A stretch of 64,000 nucleotides of DNA from Christensenella sp. UBA6880 (GCA_002449145.1 DKCG01000024.1:14266-78265); one strand, 5' to 3'; positions 27,647 to 35,919 are shown, numbered from the stretch's first letter. A program made the numbers and translations. Notes: generated by a model from the letters alone, not told the origin.

Positions 27647-28735
27647 ATGCAAGCAAGCAAAAGCAAAAACTTCAAAATCGTAATGTCAGTTATGATTCCG
27701 CTTTTGATAATCGTGACCACCGTCGTTATGGTGGGCGCGTCCTTTGCGTGGTTTACCAACGCCGACAAGGTCACCGTTGCTGAAATAACGATGTCTACGG
27801 CGGATTCTTACAGAATCGACTTTACACGCCAACCTTTGTCCACTGACGGCAAGTTGTTGTTTGACAATATGCAGTACGTCGGACAGACCGCATTTTGCGC
27901 AAGCGGCGCAAACGCGGGCAAACTTATGACCGAAGCCATCGCGGCGGGCAACGCCGTCGACACGAGCGACCGTGCGTATTACTTCATCAACACGGTTGCG
28001 CTCGACACGCAAGGCAAGACGTTCGATATGAGTATGGCGTTCGACGGCGTGAAGATAGTGAAGTACAAGCGCAACGCCGACGGCTCGATTGCCAAAGATG
28101 AAAACGAGCAAAACGTCGTTGAAAAAATCAACAAAATCTACGCCGCTACGGGTTCTAACGTATCGCCCGTGAGTGACATTCCGTTTGCGTTCACGTGGTT
28201 TTTCAAGGCGCACGGCGAAACCGATAACGACGGCGTAGTGAGAAACTACGAAACGTACAAAATCGACGATTCAACCAACGCTCAGCGACTTTTGCAACTC
28301 GAACCGCAAAAGAACGAAGTTTGGTACACGCCCTACGGCAAACTCACCTTCGGCGACGACAATCTCGTTGCGCGCGTAAACGACGACGATTCAATCGACT
28401 CTGCGAGTATAAAGGGCGTTGACAAGCGAATTATCAACGACTTCGGCACGAACGGCATAGGCAACGCCACGTCGCAATTATTCGATTTCTACATCGTTTT
28501 CGCACCCGAAAAACTGTTCTGGATGCAGTTTTTCTCGGCAGACAGGGACAAATACACCGCAACCGATATCTACACAACCACGGTGGACGGCGAAACGACA
28601 AACGACGACACTAAAAAGATTTTTGAGGAATTGTCCAATCAGATGTACTATTCGCATATGGATTATTCGGGTTCTACGTTTGAATTTTCGGCGGTACTCA
28701 ACGTAACGAACGTACACGAGGAGGCGCAAGGATAA
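27647..28735 (+). CDS. Secreted protein with TasA/camelysin-like (SipW-type) signal peptide, putative
   Basis: 362 aa. The N-terminus KNFKIVMSVMIPLLIIVTTVVMVGASFAWFTNADKVTVAEITMST resembles the GGT-x-A-x-F-[ST]-D class. The C-terminal ..YSGSTFEFSAVLNVTN resembles the last strands of TasA-like proteins. Confidence 0.75.
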   Translation: MQASKSKNFKIVMSVMIPLLIIVTTVVMVGASFAWFTNADKVTVAEITMSTADSYRIDFTRQPLSTDGKLLFDNMQYVGQTAFCASGANAGKLMTEAIAAGNAVDTSDRAYYFINTVALDTQGKTFDMSMAFDGVKIVKYKRNADGSIAKDENEQNVVEKINKIYAATGSNVSPVSDIPFAFTWFFKAHGETDNDGVVRNYETYKIDDSTNAQRLLQLEPQKNEVWYTPYGKLTFGDDNLVARVNDDDSIDSASIKGVDKRIINDFGTNGIGNATSQLFDFYIVFAPEKLFWMQFFSADRDKYTATDIYTTTVDGETTNDDTKKIFEELSNQMYYSHMDYSGSTFEFSAVLNVTNVHEEAQG

Positions 28736-29532
28736 TGAACAAGACCAAACGCACTCTAATCGTATCTTCCGTCGTTATGGCTCTCATATTCGTCGTCACT
28801 ATAGTCAGCGTGACCGCCGCGTGGTTTACGAACGTCGCGGACAGCAACGAGGACGGATTCACAACCGATTCCGCGCTTTTGCAAGAGAGCGCAAGCATAT
28901 CCATCGACGAGAACGCCGCAAGCGATTACGGCACTTCGATTTGGCCTGCCGTGGCTACGCCCGGGTACCTTTCAAAAGGCAACGTCGCCCCGTACGGCAC
29001 CGATTTGAAGCAGAAGCAGACGAGCAAAATCGACATTGCGGCAAAATGCGCCGTGTTGTATTTTCCAATAACGTTTGTCGGCTCGTCGGACGCGGGGTAT
29101 AAAGACGGAAGAAAATCGCTTATGCTCAGCGCACTTTCGGCGCACCTCGACAATGACGAAGAAAACAAAGATTATCTTTCCGATTTCAACGTCGAAATGG
29201 AACTCGTCACCTTGAAAGAGGAGTCCAAAACCAGCGAAACCATAACGCCGACTGCGCCGAGCGATTTTTCGGGCAATCCGAGCGCAATATACTACAACCA
29301 ACCGTTCAAAGACGTCGAACGTAAATTGCCGAGTTGCAAACTCTATATGCTTGTAATCCCCGGCGAAACCTACTATGTCAAAGCAACCGTTTATTTCAAC
29401 CGAATCGACGAGGAATGCAACGAGAAACTCATATACCTCGCCAACACGCAAAAGAATATAACGTTCCAGTTCGAAATCAAGGACAACGTTGCGCAAGGCG
29501 TGAATATCAGAGAAGGAAATATGCCCGTATGA
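28735..29532 (+). CDS. Secreted protein with TasA/camelysin-like (SipW-type) signal peptide, putative (paralogue-like)
   Basis: 265 aa. N-terminus: LIVSSVVMALIFVVTIVSVTAAWFTNVADSNEDGFT. Also LVIPGETYYVKATVYF and ANTQKNITFQFEIK. The start overlaps the upstream stop (TAATG). SD GAGGAGG. Confidence 0.75.
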   Translation: MNKTKRTLIVSSVVMALIFVVTIVSVTAAWFTNVADSNEDGFTTDSALLQESASISIDENAASDYGTSIWPAVATPGYLSKGNVAPYGTDLKQKQTSKIDIAAKCAVLYFPITFVGSSDAGYKDGRKSLMLSALSAHLDNDEENKDYLSDFNVEMELVTLKEESKTSETITPTAPSDFSGNPSAIYYNQPFKDVERKLPSCKLYMLVIPGETYYVKATVYFNRIDEECNEKLIYLANTQKNITFQFEIKDNVAQGVNIREGNMPV

Positions 29533-30212
29533 CATCACTTCGCAAAAACAAAATAGCGATGATAGTCGCAATAATAGTGCTTTTTGCAGTCGCAGTTTCG
29601 GCGACGGGCGTTTCCTATGCGGTTTGGATTTCCCCGGACGGTCCGATAGGCGGCGGCTCGTCCAAAGCGTCCCCGTCCGTTACGCCCGACTCGAACAACG
29701 TCTGGGCAAAGTATTTCAATTATAAGGAAATAACCGTCGAGGGGTTGGATGGCAAATACGTCGAAATATCCACGTTCTACACCGACGGCGAAAACGCACA
29801 AGGACTCAATTTGTCCGACTTGTATATCCCCGAGGTCATTTGGGTGGAAAAGGGCAGCGGAAAAGTGCTTGCAACGCTTGACGGCGTAAGCGAAAACGCG
29901 TACGAAACCTACAACGTTTACCGCATCACCAACAGCATTTTTGCGGATTCGTCCCTCAAAAGTTTGCCCGTAACGATTCATATCCCTGCAAGCGTATGCG
30001 AAATCGACGCCGCCGCTTTTGCAGGTCTGCCCAATCTTAAAGCCGTGTATTTTGAAAACAGAATGCCGTGTACGTTAGGTGCGTATGCGTTTGCAGGTTG
30101 CTCGAGTCTCGAATACGTCTACAACGTCAGAAACGGCGGCGTAACGCCCGACGACACCTCTTTCGTCGGCACACAAATCAACGTCATCGACGGTCAAATT
30201 AGGTTTGCGTAA
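29529..30212 (+). CDS. N-terminally anchored/secreted protein with BspA-type leucine-rich repeats
   Basis: 227 aa from ATG 29529 (ATGA overlap with the upstream stop). N-terminus: KIAMIVAIIVLFAVAVSATGVSYAVWISPDG. C-terminal LRR_5-like IPASVCEIDAAAFAGLPNLKAVYF..LGAYAFAGCSSLEYVY. Confidence 0.7.
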   Translation: MTSLRKNKIAMIVAIIVLFAVAVSATGVSYAVWISPDGPIGGGSSKASPSVTPDSNNVWAKYFNYKEITVEGLDGKYVEISTFYTDGENAQGLNLSDLYIPEVIWVEKGSGKVLATLDGVSENAYETYNVYRITNSIFADSSLKSLPVTIHIPASVCEIDAAAFAGLPNLKAVYFENRMPCTLGAYAFAGCSSLEYVYNVRNGGVTPDDTSFVGTQINVIDGQIRFA

Positions 30213-30262
30213 AAATAAATTGCAAAACGTTGCAAGTTTTTTAGCAAATTTAACGGCAATGT

Positions 30263-30291
30263 TTGACACAATCGCAAACTCTTGCTATACT
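30263..30291 (+). promoter_or_regulatory. Near-consensus SigA promoter of the tRNA operon
   Basis: TTGACA (30263-30268), 17-nt spacer ending TGC (extended -10), TATACT (30286-30291). Confidence 0.7.
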
Positions 30292-30298
30292 AAATAGG

Positions 30299-30560
30299 CT
30301 TGATAGCGAAACGATTTGCTTGAAGTGATACGAAAGCGTATAAACGTAGGCATACGAGCGTGTCTTGCTTGATAGCGAAGCGTCAAACCGTTTGGATAGA
30401 AAACGGTTTCAAAAATAAAAGAAACGATTTGCTTTGATTTTATATGGAAGCGTATCGAAGCGGTCATAGCAGGCGTGTCTTGCTTGATAGCGAAGCGTCA
30501 AACCGTTTGGATAGAAAACGGTTTCAAAAATAAAAGAAACGATTTGCTTTGATTTTATAT
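30299..30560 (+). repeat. 115-bp tandem repeat (2 identical units plus 1 degenerate unit) forming the tRNA-Ser leader
   Basis: 30358-30468 and 30473-30583 are identical over 111 nt. 30299-30357 is a degenerate copy lacking the aaaccgttt/aaacggttt hairpin. Confidence 0.9.
30446..30510 (+). pseudogene. Truncated tRNA-Ser pseudogene (5' two-thirds, with 17-nt insertion in the anticodon loop)
   Basis: ggaagcgtatcgaagcggtcata equals nt 1-23 of the genuine tRNA. gcaggcgtgtcttg resembles its anticodon stem, and aaaccgtttgg is shared. There is no T-arm. An older, degenerate copy lies at about 30331-30395. Confidence 0.55.
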
Positions 30561-30649
30561 GGAAGCGTATCGAAGCGGTCATAACGAGGCGGTCTTGAAA
30601 ACCGTTTGGGTGAAAGCCCACGGGGGTTCGAATCCCTCCGCTTCCGCCA
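30561..30649 (+). tRNA. tRNA-Ser (anticodon TGA)
   Basis: 89 nt. Acceptor GGAAGCG/CGCTTCC, anticodon loop CTTGAAA, long variable arm tgggtgaaagcccacg, GGTTCGAATCC T-loop and an encoded CCA. Confidence 0.85.
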
Positions 30650-30656
30650 AAAATAT

Positions 30657-30732
30657 GCTGATGTGGCTCAGGTGGTAGAGCACATCCTTGGTAAGGATGA
30701 GGTCACCAGTTCAAGTCTGGTCATCAGCTCCA
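30657..30732 (+). tRNA. tRNA-Thr (anticodon GGT)
   Basis: 76 nt. Acceptor GCTGATG/CATCAGC, anticodon stem-loop catcc-TTGGTAA-ggatg, T-arm accag-ttcaagt-ctggt and an encoded CCA. Confidence 0.9.
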
Positions 30733-30766
30733 AATCCGTGAACGAAATTCGTTCACGGATTTTTTA
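30733..30766 (+). terminator. Intrinsic terminator of the tRNA operon
   Basis: 12-bp stem aatccgtgaacg / cgttcacggatt followed by TTTTT. Confidence 0.8.
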
Positions 30767-30815
30767 TATCTTCGTGTACGAAGATATAAAAGCGCGGCTT
30801 TCAACCGCGCGGCGC
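30751..30815. repeat. Direct repeat copy A (includes the 3' arm of the tRNA terminator)
   Basis: gttcacggatt ... acgaagatataaaagcgcggctttcaaccgcgcggcgc. The 11-nt and 38-nt blocks are identical to copy B. Confidence 0.85.
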
Positions 30816-30906
30816 GCTCGTCGTCATCGCACGACGATTGAGAATACTTCGTGCTCTCATCGCCTTTGCTTGCCGTCATCAGCATAAAAAGTGGACGAGA
30901 TTAGTA

Positions 30907-30972
30907 GTTCACGGATTGTTCATATTTTTGAGTAACGAAGATATAAAAGCGCGGCTTTCAACCGCGCGGCGC
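30907..30972. repeat. Direct repeat copy B
   Basis: The same 11-nt and 38-nt blocks recur 156 bp downstream of copy A. Confidence 0.85.
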
Positions 30973-31117
30973 AATTATTTTCACATCGAAATTCAAGCGC
31001 AGAGAAGGGCGAGATATATGGTTTCTAATATCGACCGTTGCGCATATTTGCATATCAGAGTTCTCGTATTCGTGTATGCGCAAATATACATATGTCTAAA
31101 AAAGTTACAGTCAAGTG

Positions 31118-31146
31118 TTTACGAGTGAAATTTCGTGTGCTATAAT
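31118..31146 (+). promoter_or_regulatory. Promoter of the GDPD gene (extended -10)
   Basis: TTTACG, 17 nt, then TGC-TATAAT (31141-31146). Confidence 0.5.
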
Positions 31147-31184
31147 GTCAATATTATAGATTTTATATTGTGATAAGGTGAAAA

Positions 31185-32303
31185 ATGAAAATCAAACTGA
31201 ATGAATTTTTCAGACGTGACGTTGACGGCGTCGACGTGTTGCTTACGGATTCCCCCGAAGTCAAAGCGCAAGTGAAAAAGCACAAAAAAACCGTGAAAGA
31301 CGCAATCGTATGGTCGATTGTGGGTACGCTTTTGTTCGTGTTGGTGCTCAACGTCGTGATTTTGCCGCTTACGGGCAAGTGCGCGCGCGTCGAACGAGTC
31401 ACCGATTATGTCGGCGACAATCAATATATCGCTTTCCACAAGCCCGAAGGTTTGATGCTTTCCGCTCACCGTGCGGGCGGCGTTCTCGAACCCGAAGAAA
31501 CTATGGCGGCGTTCAAGCAATGTATGGAAGAAGCGCAAAGAGAGAATTACAAAGTCGACATTCTCGAATTTGACTTGCACCTCACAAAAGACGACGTACT
31601 CGTGCTTATGCACGACCACGAAATCGACCGCACTTCAAACGGCACGGGCAAGATTTGCGATATGACTCTTGCCGAACTCAAAACCTACAATTTCGGCTAT
31701 AACTTCCAAACCGAAGACGGCGTATACAAATATCGCGATAAGTCCGACGCGGAACTCGAAAACGTGCGTATCGTTACGCTCAAAGAAGTTTTGGATTACG
31801 TCGAAAAGGTCGCTCGCCCCGACAAAACTATGAATTACGTCATAGAAATCAAGGACGGCGGCGATGCGGGCAGACGCGCTATGAACAAACTTTATCGCAT
31901 GATGGTTGAGTATAAAATGATAGATCGCACGGTGTTTGGAACGTTTCAAAGCGAAATAAGCAAATACGTCGACGAGTGCAATGCTTTGGGCGTATTCGAG
32001 CAAGAAGTGGTGCGCTCTGCGGGTATAACCGAAGTGCTCGATTTTTATTTCGCATTCCTTTACGGTAATACGAACGCAAAATTCAACTTTGAAGTTTTGC
32101 AAATTCCGATGGGCTTCAACGGCTTCTTCGATTTGTCCACGAAAGAGTTTATCGACTTTGCGCACAGCATGGGCATTGCGGTGCAGTACTGGACGATAAA
32201 CGACCCCGACGACGTTGCCAAACTTCAAGCCAACGGTGCGGACTGCATAATGACGGACAACCCGAAAATGGCATACGAAGTTCTGCACAGAAACGACAAA
32301 TAA
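31185..32303 (+). CDS. Membrane-anchored glycerophosphodiester phosphodiesterase
   Basis: 372 aa with an N-terminal TM segment. Motifs: SAHRAGG..EPEETMAAF and EFDLHLTKDDVLVLMHDHEIDRTSNGTG. Confidence 0.85.
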   Translation: MKIKLNEFFRRDVDGVDVLLTDSPEVKAQVKKHKKTVKDAIVWSIVGTLLFVLVLNVVILPLTGKCARVERVTDYVGDNQYIAFHKPEGLMLSAHRAGGVLEPEETMAAFKQCMEEAQRENYKVDILEFDLHLTKDDVLVLMHDHEIDRTSNGTGKICDMTLAELKTYNFGYNFQTEDGVYKYRDKSDAELENVRIVTLKEVLDYVEKVARPDKTMNYVIEIKDGGDAGRRAMNKLYRMMVEYKMIDRTVFGTFQSEISKYVDECNALGVFEQEVVRSAGITEVLDFYFAFLYGNTNAKFNFEVLQIPMGFNGFFDLSTKEFIDFAHSMGIAVQYWTINDPDDVAKLQANGADCIMTDNPKMAYEVLHRNDK

Positions 32304-32416
32304 GTTTGCAAATAAACTCGGTTTTGACGAAACGCAATTTTGTAGAAACGACAAATTTCTGAAAAAATAAACGATAATTGGTTTTCGAAAAGCAAACGAT
32401 TTTCAAAACGAATTAT

Positions 32417-32446
32417 AAAAAAGGCACTCTTTCGAGTGCCTTTTTC
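32417..32446. terminator. Bidirectional terminator between GDPD and GH3 genes
   Basis: aaaaaggcactc-tttc-gagtgccttttt. Confidence 0.75.
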
Positions 32447-32460
32447 AATTTGTCGAGCGA

Positions 32461-34911
32461 TTATTTCTTTTCGTTCTTTTCTTCCTTTTCCTTGCCGAAG
32501 CCTTTGAGGAATCTGCGGAAGCCGCCTTTTCTGCCGTTGAGCATATCCACGAGTCCGTCAAGCGAACGCTTGGATATAAGCCCCATCGACCACGCCGCTA
32601 TCGTGCGGTAGGGCATATCTTTGACGGAATTGGTGAGCATTTCGGGGTTCTCGGACGAGAGTGCGACGAGGTTGACGACGCCCACGCAGAGATTGTACAT
32701 AAACTTGCCGAATGGCGAAACTCTGCATTGACCGATCGTGTTGTTTGCAAGCAATTCGCCTTTTTCGTAAGGTCTGTTTTCGATCATCTTTGCGCCGTAG
32801 AGTGCTTCGAATTGCTCGACGGGGATCTCGGTTGCGTTTGCGATGTCGTAATAGCAAGGCGCGGCTGCCTTGTAGTCGGGGATAGGTGCGTCGGGATTCT
32901 TGGACGTAACGTTTACGATACCTTCGAGTTTGATGTCGCGAGAGGACGCGCCCACCAAAATCTTGAAGTCGCCGCTTTCGACGTGCCAGTCTTTGATTTC
33001 GACGTTGTAGTATGCGAACGCTCTTGAATCGAGAGTGATTTCGACGTCTTTTTCTTCACCCGGTTGCAAGAATACTTTTTTGAAGCCTTTGAGTTCTTTT
33101 TCGGGGCGATAGAGAGTGCTTTCGATGTCCGAAACGTAGAGTTGCGCGATTTCCGCACCGGCGACTTTGCCGACGTTCTTGACGGTGAAAGTGACGGTGA
33201 GCGGGTCGCCTTCGTTGATTGCGTTTGCGCTTATGCGAAGATTCGAGTACTCGAATTGCGTGTAGGAAAGACCGTAGCCGAAGGGATATTTGACTCTCTT
33301 TTTCGCACTGTCGTAATAGCGATAGCCGACGTAAATGCCTTCGCGGTATTCAACCGTTCTCGGTCCCATACGGAAGTATTTCGAGCCGAGATAATCGTCT
33401 TCGTGGACGGGGAAGGTTTCTGCGAGTTTGCCCGACGGATTGACCTTGCCGTAGAGAAGGTTGTACGCCGCTTCGCCGCCTGCCTGACCGCCGAGATATA
33501 GGTTGAGAATGCCTTTGACGCTCTTGTCCCAGTCGCCGATTTCGACGGGCGAACCGCAAGAAAGCACGACGACGACGTTTTTGTTGACTTTCAAAATCTC
33601 GTTGATGAGAGTGACGTGCGATGACGGCATTTTGATGTGGCGACGATCGTAGCCTTCCGATTCAAACGCATCTGTAAGACCGACGAACAAAAGCACGACG
33701 TCCTTGCCTTTTGCGACTTTTACTGCCTTGTTTATGAGGCTCTTTTTGTAGCCTTCGCCTTTGAGAACGTAGCCGTCTGCGTACTCGTAGGGTTGAGCGA
33801 CTCTATCGAGTGCGTCGGTGAAAGATGTGAGTTTTGTGGGAAGAATGTGGCTCGAACCACCGCCTTGATAGCGGATTTTCTTTGCGAGTTTGCCGATGAC
33901 GGCGATGTTTTGCTTTTTGCTTAAGGGAAGTATGCCGTCGTTTTTGAGAAGAACCGCGCCGCCTTCAGCCGCTTTGCGAGCGATTGCGTTGTGTTTTTCG
34001 ATGTCAAAGGTTACGCCTTCGATTTCGCGCACGATGTTTTCGTATGCGAATCTGATGAGGCGGAGCACCACTTTGTCGATGTCTTCTTCGGTGAGAGTGC
34101 CTGCTTTGAGTGCCTTGTAAACGGTGTCGTCGTTAAGACCCTTGCTGCCGGGCATTTCAAGGTCCATACCTGCCTTGACGCCTTCGGCGCGGTCGTTAAC
34201 TGCGCCCCAGTCGCTCACGACGATGCCTTTGAATCCCCATTCGTCGCGAAGAATATCGGTGAGGAAGCGTTTGTGGTCGCTAAGGTACGTTCCGTTGAGG
34301 CGGTTGTAGGAACACATAACGGTCGTGGGTTGTTCCTCTTTGACGATATGCTCGAAAGCGGGCATATAGATTTCGCGCAAAGTGCGCTCGTCAACGATGG
34401 AATCGATTGTCATTCTTATGTATTCTTGGTTGTTTGCAAGATAGTGTTTGAGGGAAGTGCCGACGTTTTTCTTCTGTACGCCGTGAACCCACGCGCCGCC
34501 CATACGACCTGCAAGGAACGGGTCTTCCGAGAAGTATTCGAAGTTTCTTCCGCACAACGGACTTCTTTTGATGTTTACGCCGGGTCCGAGAACGGTCGAA
34601 ACGCCGAGAGATTGAGCCTCGACGGCGATAGCCTCGCCGACTTCTTCAACGAGGTCTACGTCCCAACTCGAAGCGGTGGTGACTGCGCCGGGGAAGCAAG
34701 TTGCCGGTTCGGGCGTTTGCATAATGTTGACGCCTTTGCCGATTTTTTCACGTCTGAGTCCGCTCGGCCCGTCGCTCATACGCACGGCGGGAATGTCGAT
34801 TCCGTCGCGTTTGACGGGTTGAGTGAGCCAGTTTGTAGAACCGGAAAGCATAGACACTTTTTCGTCAAGCGTCAACTTGCCCAGTATTTCCAAATAGTCC
34901 TTGTCGTTCAT
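32461..34911 (-). CDS. Glycoside hydrolase family 3 beta-glucosidase
   Basis: 816 aa from ATG 34911 (SD GGAGGA; the ORF-track start is a TTG 12 nt upstream). Motifs: SDGPSGLR, GPGVNIKRSPLCGRNFEYFSEDP, VVSDWGA and a fibronectin-like C-terminal region. Confidence 0.9.
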   Translation of the reverse strand: MNDKDYLEILGKLTLDEKVSMLSGSTNWLTQPVKRDGIDIPAVRMSDGPSGLRREKIGKGVNIMQTPEPATCFPGAVTTASSWDVDLVEEVGEAIAVEAQSLGVSTVLGPGVNIKRSPLCGRNFEYFSEDPFLAGRMGGAWVHGVQKKNVGTSLKHYLANNQEYIRMTIDSIVDERTLREIYMPAFEHIVKEEQPTTVMCSYNRLNGTYLSDHKRFLTDILRDEWGFKGIVVSDWGAVNDRAEGVKAGMDLEMPGSKGLNDDTVYKALKAGTLTEEDIDKVVLRLIRFAYENIVREIEGVTFDIEKHNAIARKAAEGGAVLLKNDGILPLSKKQNIAVIGKLAKKIRYQGGGSSHILPTKLTSFTDALDRVAQPYEYADGYVLKGEGYKKSLINKAVKVAKGKDVVLLFVGLTDAFESEGYDRRHIKMPSSHVTLINEILKVNKNVVVVLSCGSPVEIGDWDKSVKGILNLYLGGQAGGEAAYNLLYGKVNPSGKLAETFPVHEDDYLGSKYFRMGPRTVEYREGIYVGYRYYDSAKKRVKYPFGYGLSYTQFEYSNLRISANAINEGDPLTVTFTVKNVGKVAGAEIAQLYVSDIESTLYRPEKELKGFKKVFLQPGEEKDVEITLDSRAFAYYNVEIKDWHVESGDFKILVGASSRDIKLEGIVNVTSKNPDAPIPDYKAAAPCYYDIANATEIPVEQFEALYGAKMIENRPYEKGELLANNTIGQCRVSPFGKFMYNLCVGVVNLVALSSENPEMLTNSVKDMPYRTIAAWSMGLISKRSLDGLVDMLNGRKGGFRRFLKGFGKEKEEKNEKK

Positions 34912-35106
34912 AATTTCCTCCAACAGAGTGTTTATATTTTGGTTTTTCGGCGATAAAGTACCGATTGTGTGTTTTTCGTCTTTTTGTCGCGAGACTTAAT
35001 TCGCGTGCGCGTTATTTATATAATCAAACAAGTTTTGAAAACTATATTTCATTATATCATTTTTGCCCTCAACGTTCAATATGAATTTTTGCAATCGCAG
35101 ATACGA

Positions 35107-35790
35107 TTATTTTTTAGCGGCGAGTTTTTCTTTTTCACGGATAGAGAGCGGCATTTCGTCGTTTATATAGGTGTTCCAAACGTCGATTCTATCCTTGTCG
35201 TCGAGATAGCGAAGCACTCTTGCGGGCGAGCCTACCGCAATGCAGTTGGCGGGCAAGTCGCGAGTCACAACGCTTCCTGCGCCCACGACCGTGTTTTCGC
35301 CAATCGTAACGCCGCCGCAAATCGTCACGTTCGAGGCAATCCAGCACCCTTTCTTGATTGTAACGGGTTTTGAATATTCGAGGTCGTGGAAGCCGTCGGG
35401 ATATTGTTGATTGAGGCGTTCGCTTGCCAAAAACGGGTGACAAGGCGTTGCGATTGTTACGTTTGCGCCGAGCCATACGCCGTCTTCGAGCGTTATGGGC
35501 GAAATGTCCAAAAGCGTGCAGTTGTAGTTGAAAAATGTATCGTTTCCGACGTGAATATTTACGCCGTATTCGCAATAAAACGGCGCGAAAATCCAAACGG
35601 ATTTGCCCTTTGAAGACGGAATGAGTTTGTTGAGAAGTCGTTTTTGTTTTGGTGCGTTCCAAACGGGGCATTTGTTGAATCTTTGCGTCAGCCACATACC
35701 CCTTGCGTGTTGCCAGAAAATGTCTTTGCTCGACGAGTTGTAGAGTTTGCCCTCAACCATATGAGTCCAGTCTTTCTTTTCCTTGCTCAT
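35107..35790 (-). CDS. Sugar O-acetyltransferase (maltose/galactoside acetyltransferase family)
   Basis: 227 aa. Hexapeptide repeats (GANVTIATPCHP.., IASNVTICGGVTIGENTVVGAGSVV) and a Maa-type N-terminus. Confidence 0.85.
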   Translation of the reverse strand: MSKEKKDWTHMVEGKLYNSSSKDIFWQHARGMWLTQRFNKCPVWNAPKQKRLLNKLIPSSKGKSVWIFAPFYCEYGVNIHVGNDTFFNYNCTLLDISPITLEDGVWLGANVTIATPCHPFLASERLNQQYPDGFHDLEYSKPVTIKKGCWIASNVTICGGVTIGENTVVGAGSVVTRDLPANCIAVGSPARVLRYLDDKDRIDVWNTYINDEMPLSIREKEKLAAKK

Positions 35791-35919
35791 ATCAAAACCC
35801 CCTTTCGATATTTTTTTACGATACCATTTTATTTTATAAAAGGATAGATTTATATCAAAATTTATTACAAAATATCAAAAAACCGTTGTAAAATACAAAA
35901 AGTATGATATTATCTTCGT

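Noticed and set aside
30285-30621. Two 60-70-aa minus-strand ORFs (30285-30467, 30409-30621) with near-identical sequences.
   Set aside because: They are translation artefacts of the 115-bp tandem repeat in the tRNA leader. They overlap the tRNA-Ser gene itself and have no SD.
30561-30649. Selenocysteine tRNA, considered because of the long variable arm and the T-G-A letters in the anticodon loop.
   Set aside because: The anticodon reads 5'-TGA-3' (decoding UCA, Ser), not TCA. The acceptor stem is a normal 7 bp and the D-arm is tRNA-Ser-like.
30299-30980. Prophage or integrative element at the tRNA-Ser/Thr locus.
   Set aside because: There are duplicated tRNA fragments and att-like direct repeats, but no integrase, excisionase or phage gene anywhere nearby. 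It is reported only as possible scars.
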